From positions 37,944,001-38,008,000 of the forward strand of contig NC_092351.1 of the NCBI RefSeq assembly GCF_963676685.1: 64,000 nucleotides of DNA, in the 5' to 3' direction. Position numbers and translations under genes: made by a program. The DNA comes from Mytilus edulis (taxonomy: Eukaryota). The first letter of the stretch is position 1, and each line of letters opens with the position of its first letter. The notes beneath the pieces are model-generated. The model saw only the letters and a list, made by a program, of their open reading frames with translations, was not told the DNA's origin and searched no databases. Positions 61,850-64,000 of this stretch are shown piece by piece.

Positions 61850-62700
61850 TTAAGTTTACTACGCGGCGGTTACGTTTATATTGTAACTCATTGGCGGATC
61901 CCGATGAGAAAAGGGGGGGGGGGGGGGGGGGTTGTCCGGGGTTGGAACCGATCAATGCATTTGAATGGGGACATATAGTTGGACCCCCTTTTAAAATAGC
62001 TGGATCCGCCCCTGTAATTTGATACTGAAAAGCCTTTATCTAACACTCAGCTAGATATTTCTTTATATACGTTTAGTATCAACCATGACTCAATTTCCAT
62101 TAGTCAATTTATTTTCCTGGCACTGAAAGAATGGAAAATGGTGCTTTTGTTTTCTTTGTTTCATCTAGGAACAGTATACTATTCAATATATTATATCGGA
62201 CATTTATAGTCTGGTACAAAGTCTTCAGCATGAAACTCTGGGTGGTGCTCCTCTATCAATGGAAGTAAATACACGAAACAGAACTAGAGATGTTTTGAAA
62301 ACTTAAAAGTGAAAGTAGAAGTTTTTTTACATGACGTGTCTATCTAAGAACTTATACTGACAACTATTAGTTCATTTGTAAAGGTATTTGTTAACATATA
62401 TAAGAAGCACAGAGACTCAATAGCGGATATATCTTTAAATAATTTTAATCATTCTCATTTAATTAGCTCGTATACTTTTCCTGTCTACCGAGTTTTCATT
62501 TTAGTTGGCGCCATTATTTGTACTAGAATGTGCCCAGCCGTTTACTATCCATGAACGTAAACTGAAAAAAACAACAGATATGGAGTTGCAATATGTCCAT
62601 GAGACCAGTGGCAGATCCTTGAATTTTCATATTTGGAAAAAAGGGGGGATGGGCCGGGTGGCTAACATGCAGTGGCTCAGGTCATGCTTCGGTAATTCCA

Positions 62701-63935
62701 TTTTTAGCTCACCTGGCCTAAAAGGCCAAGTGAGCTTTTCTCATCACTTGGCTTCCGTCGTTGTCCGTCGTCTGTCGTCCGTCGTCGTTAACTTTTACAA
62801 AAATCTTCTCCTCTGAAACTACAGGGCCAAATTAAATCAAACTTGGCCACAATCATCATTGATGTATCTAATTTAAAACTTGTGTTTTTTTACCCGACCA
62901 ACCAACCAAGATGGCCGCCACGGCTAAAATAGAACATAGGGGTAAAATGCAGTTTTTGGCTTATAACTCAAAAACCAAAACATTTAAAGCAAATTTGACA
63001 AGGGGTAAAATTGTTAACCAGGTCAAGATCTATCTGCCCTGAAATTTTTAGATAAATCAGACAACCCATTGTTGGGTTGCTGCCCTTAAATTGGTAATTT
63101 TAAGGAAATTTTACTGTTTTTGGTTATTATCTTGAATATTATTATAAATGGAGATAAACTGTAAACAGCAATAATGTTCAGCAAAGTAAGATTTACAAAT
63201 AAGTCAACATGACCAAAATGGTCAGTTGACCCCTTTGGGAGTTATTGCCCTTTATAGTCAATTTTTAACCATTTTTCGTAAATCTCCATGATCTTTTACA
63301 AAAATCTTCTCCTCTGAAACTACTGGGCCAAATTAATCCAAACTTGGCCACAATCATCATTGATGTATCTTATTTATAATTTTTGTTTTTTGACCCGGCC
63401 AACAAACCAAGATGGCCGCCAGGGCTAAAAATAGAATAGGTTAAATGCAGTTTTTGGTTATTACTCAAAAACAAAAGCATTTAGAGCAAATCTGACAAGG
63501 GGTAAAATTGTTTATCTGGTCAAGATCTATCTGCCCTGAAATTTTAAGATGAATGGGACAACCTGTTGTTGGGTTGCTGCCCCTGAATTGGTAATTTTAA
63601 GGAAATTTTGCTTTTTTTGGATATTATCTTGAATATTATTATGGATAGAGATAAACTGTAAACAGCAAAAATGTTCAGCAAAGTAAGATTTAAAAATAAG
63701 TCAACAGGACCAAAATGGTCAATTGACCCCTTTAGGAGTAATTGCCCTTTATAGTCAATTTTTAACCATTTTTCGTAAATCTTAGTTAACTTTTACAAAA
63801 ATCTTCTCCTCTGAAACTACTGGGCCAAATTTTACCAAACATAGCCAGAATCATTATTAGTCTATCTAGTTAAAAAATTGTGTTTTGTGACCGGGTAAAC
63901 CAACCAAGATGGCCGCTAAGGCTAAAAATAGAACC
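62701..63935 (+). mobile_element. HINE/Helentron-type element with ~500-bp tandem internal repeats; 3' end missing
   Basis: TTTTTAGCTCACCTGGCCTAAAAGGCCAAGTGAGC followed by a (CGT)n-like microsatellite. The unit start TTTTACAAAAATCTTCTCCTCTGAAACT occurs at ~62794, 63294 and 63792. Confidence 0.8.
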
Positions 63936-64000
63936 CTGCCGCATTTTTGTGCCTGTCCCAAGTCAGGAGCCTCTGGCCTTTGTTAGTCTTGTATTGTTTT

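Overview
AT-rich, intron-containing eukaryotic DNA. The repeat content and gene families suggest a bivalve mollusc, probably mussel-like (inference). Most short ORFs in the supplied track are noise. Main contents: (1) a ~120-bp satellite array (1-1722, resuming 18153-18435). It is split by a 5'-truncated LINE, which is itself split at a TTAA by a 15.4-kb Sola3-like DNA transposon (1967-17379). The transposon carries an apparently intact 9-exon, ~1118-aa DDD transposase gene. (2) Two near-identical, co-oriented Crypton-like tyrosine-recombinase elements (23864-26367 and 28205-30098) with reciprocal internal deletions and an unusual end structure: a terminal hairpin plus an internal copy complementary to the predicted circle junction. 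Small non-coding elements with the same structure occur elsewhere in the window. (3) A multi-exon gene with a C-terminal MIEAP/SPATA18-like domain (~30.6-54.8 kb, + strand), whose coiled coil is built from twelve 63-bp symmetric exons. (4) A cluster of minimal type I hammerhead-ribozyme repeats (retrozyme-like, including a 350-bp unit) at 53.7-58.9 kb. (5) LINE and Penelope-like fragments, Helentron-type (HINE) elements, a Helitron-like element and MITEs. All calls were made by eye, with no database searches.
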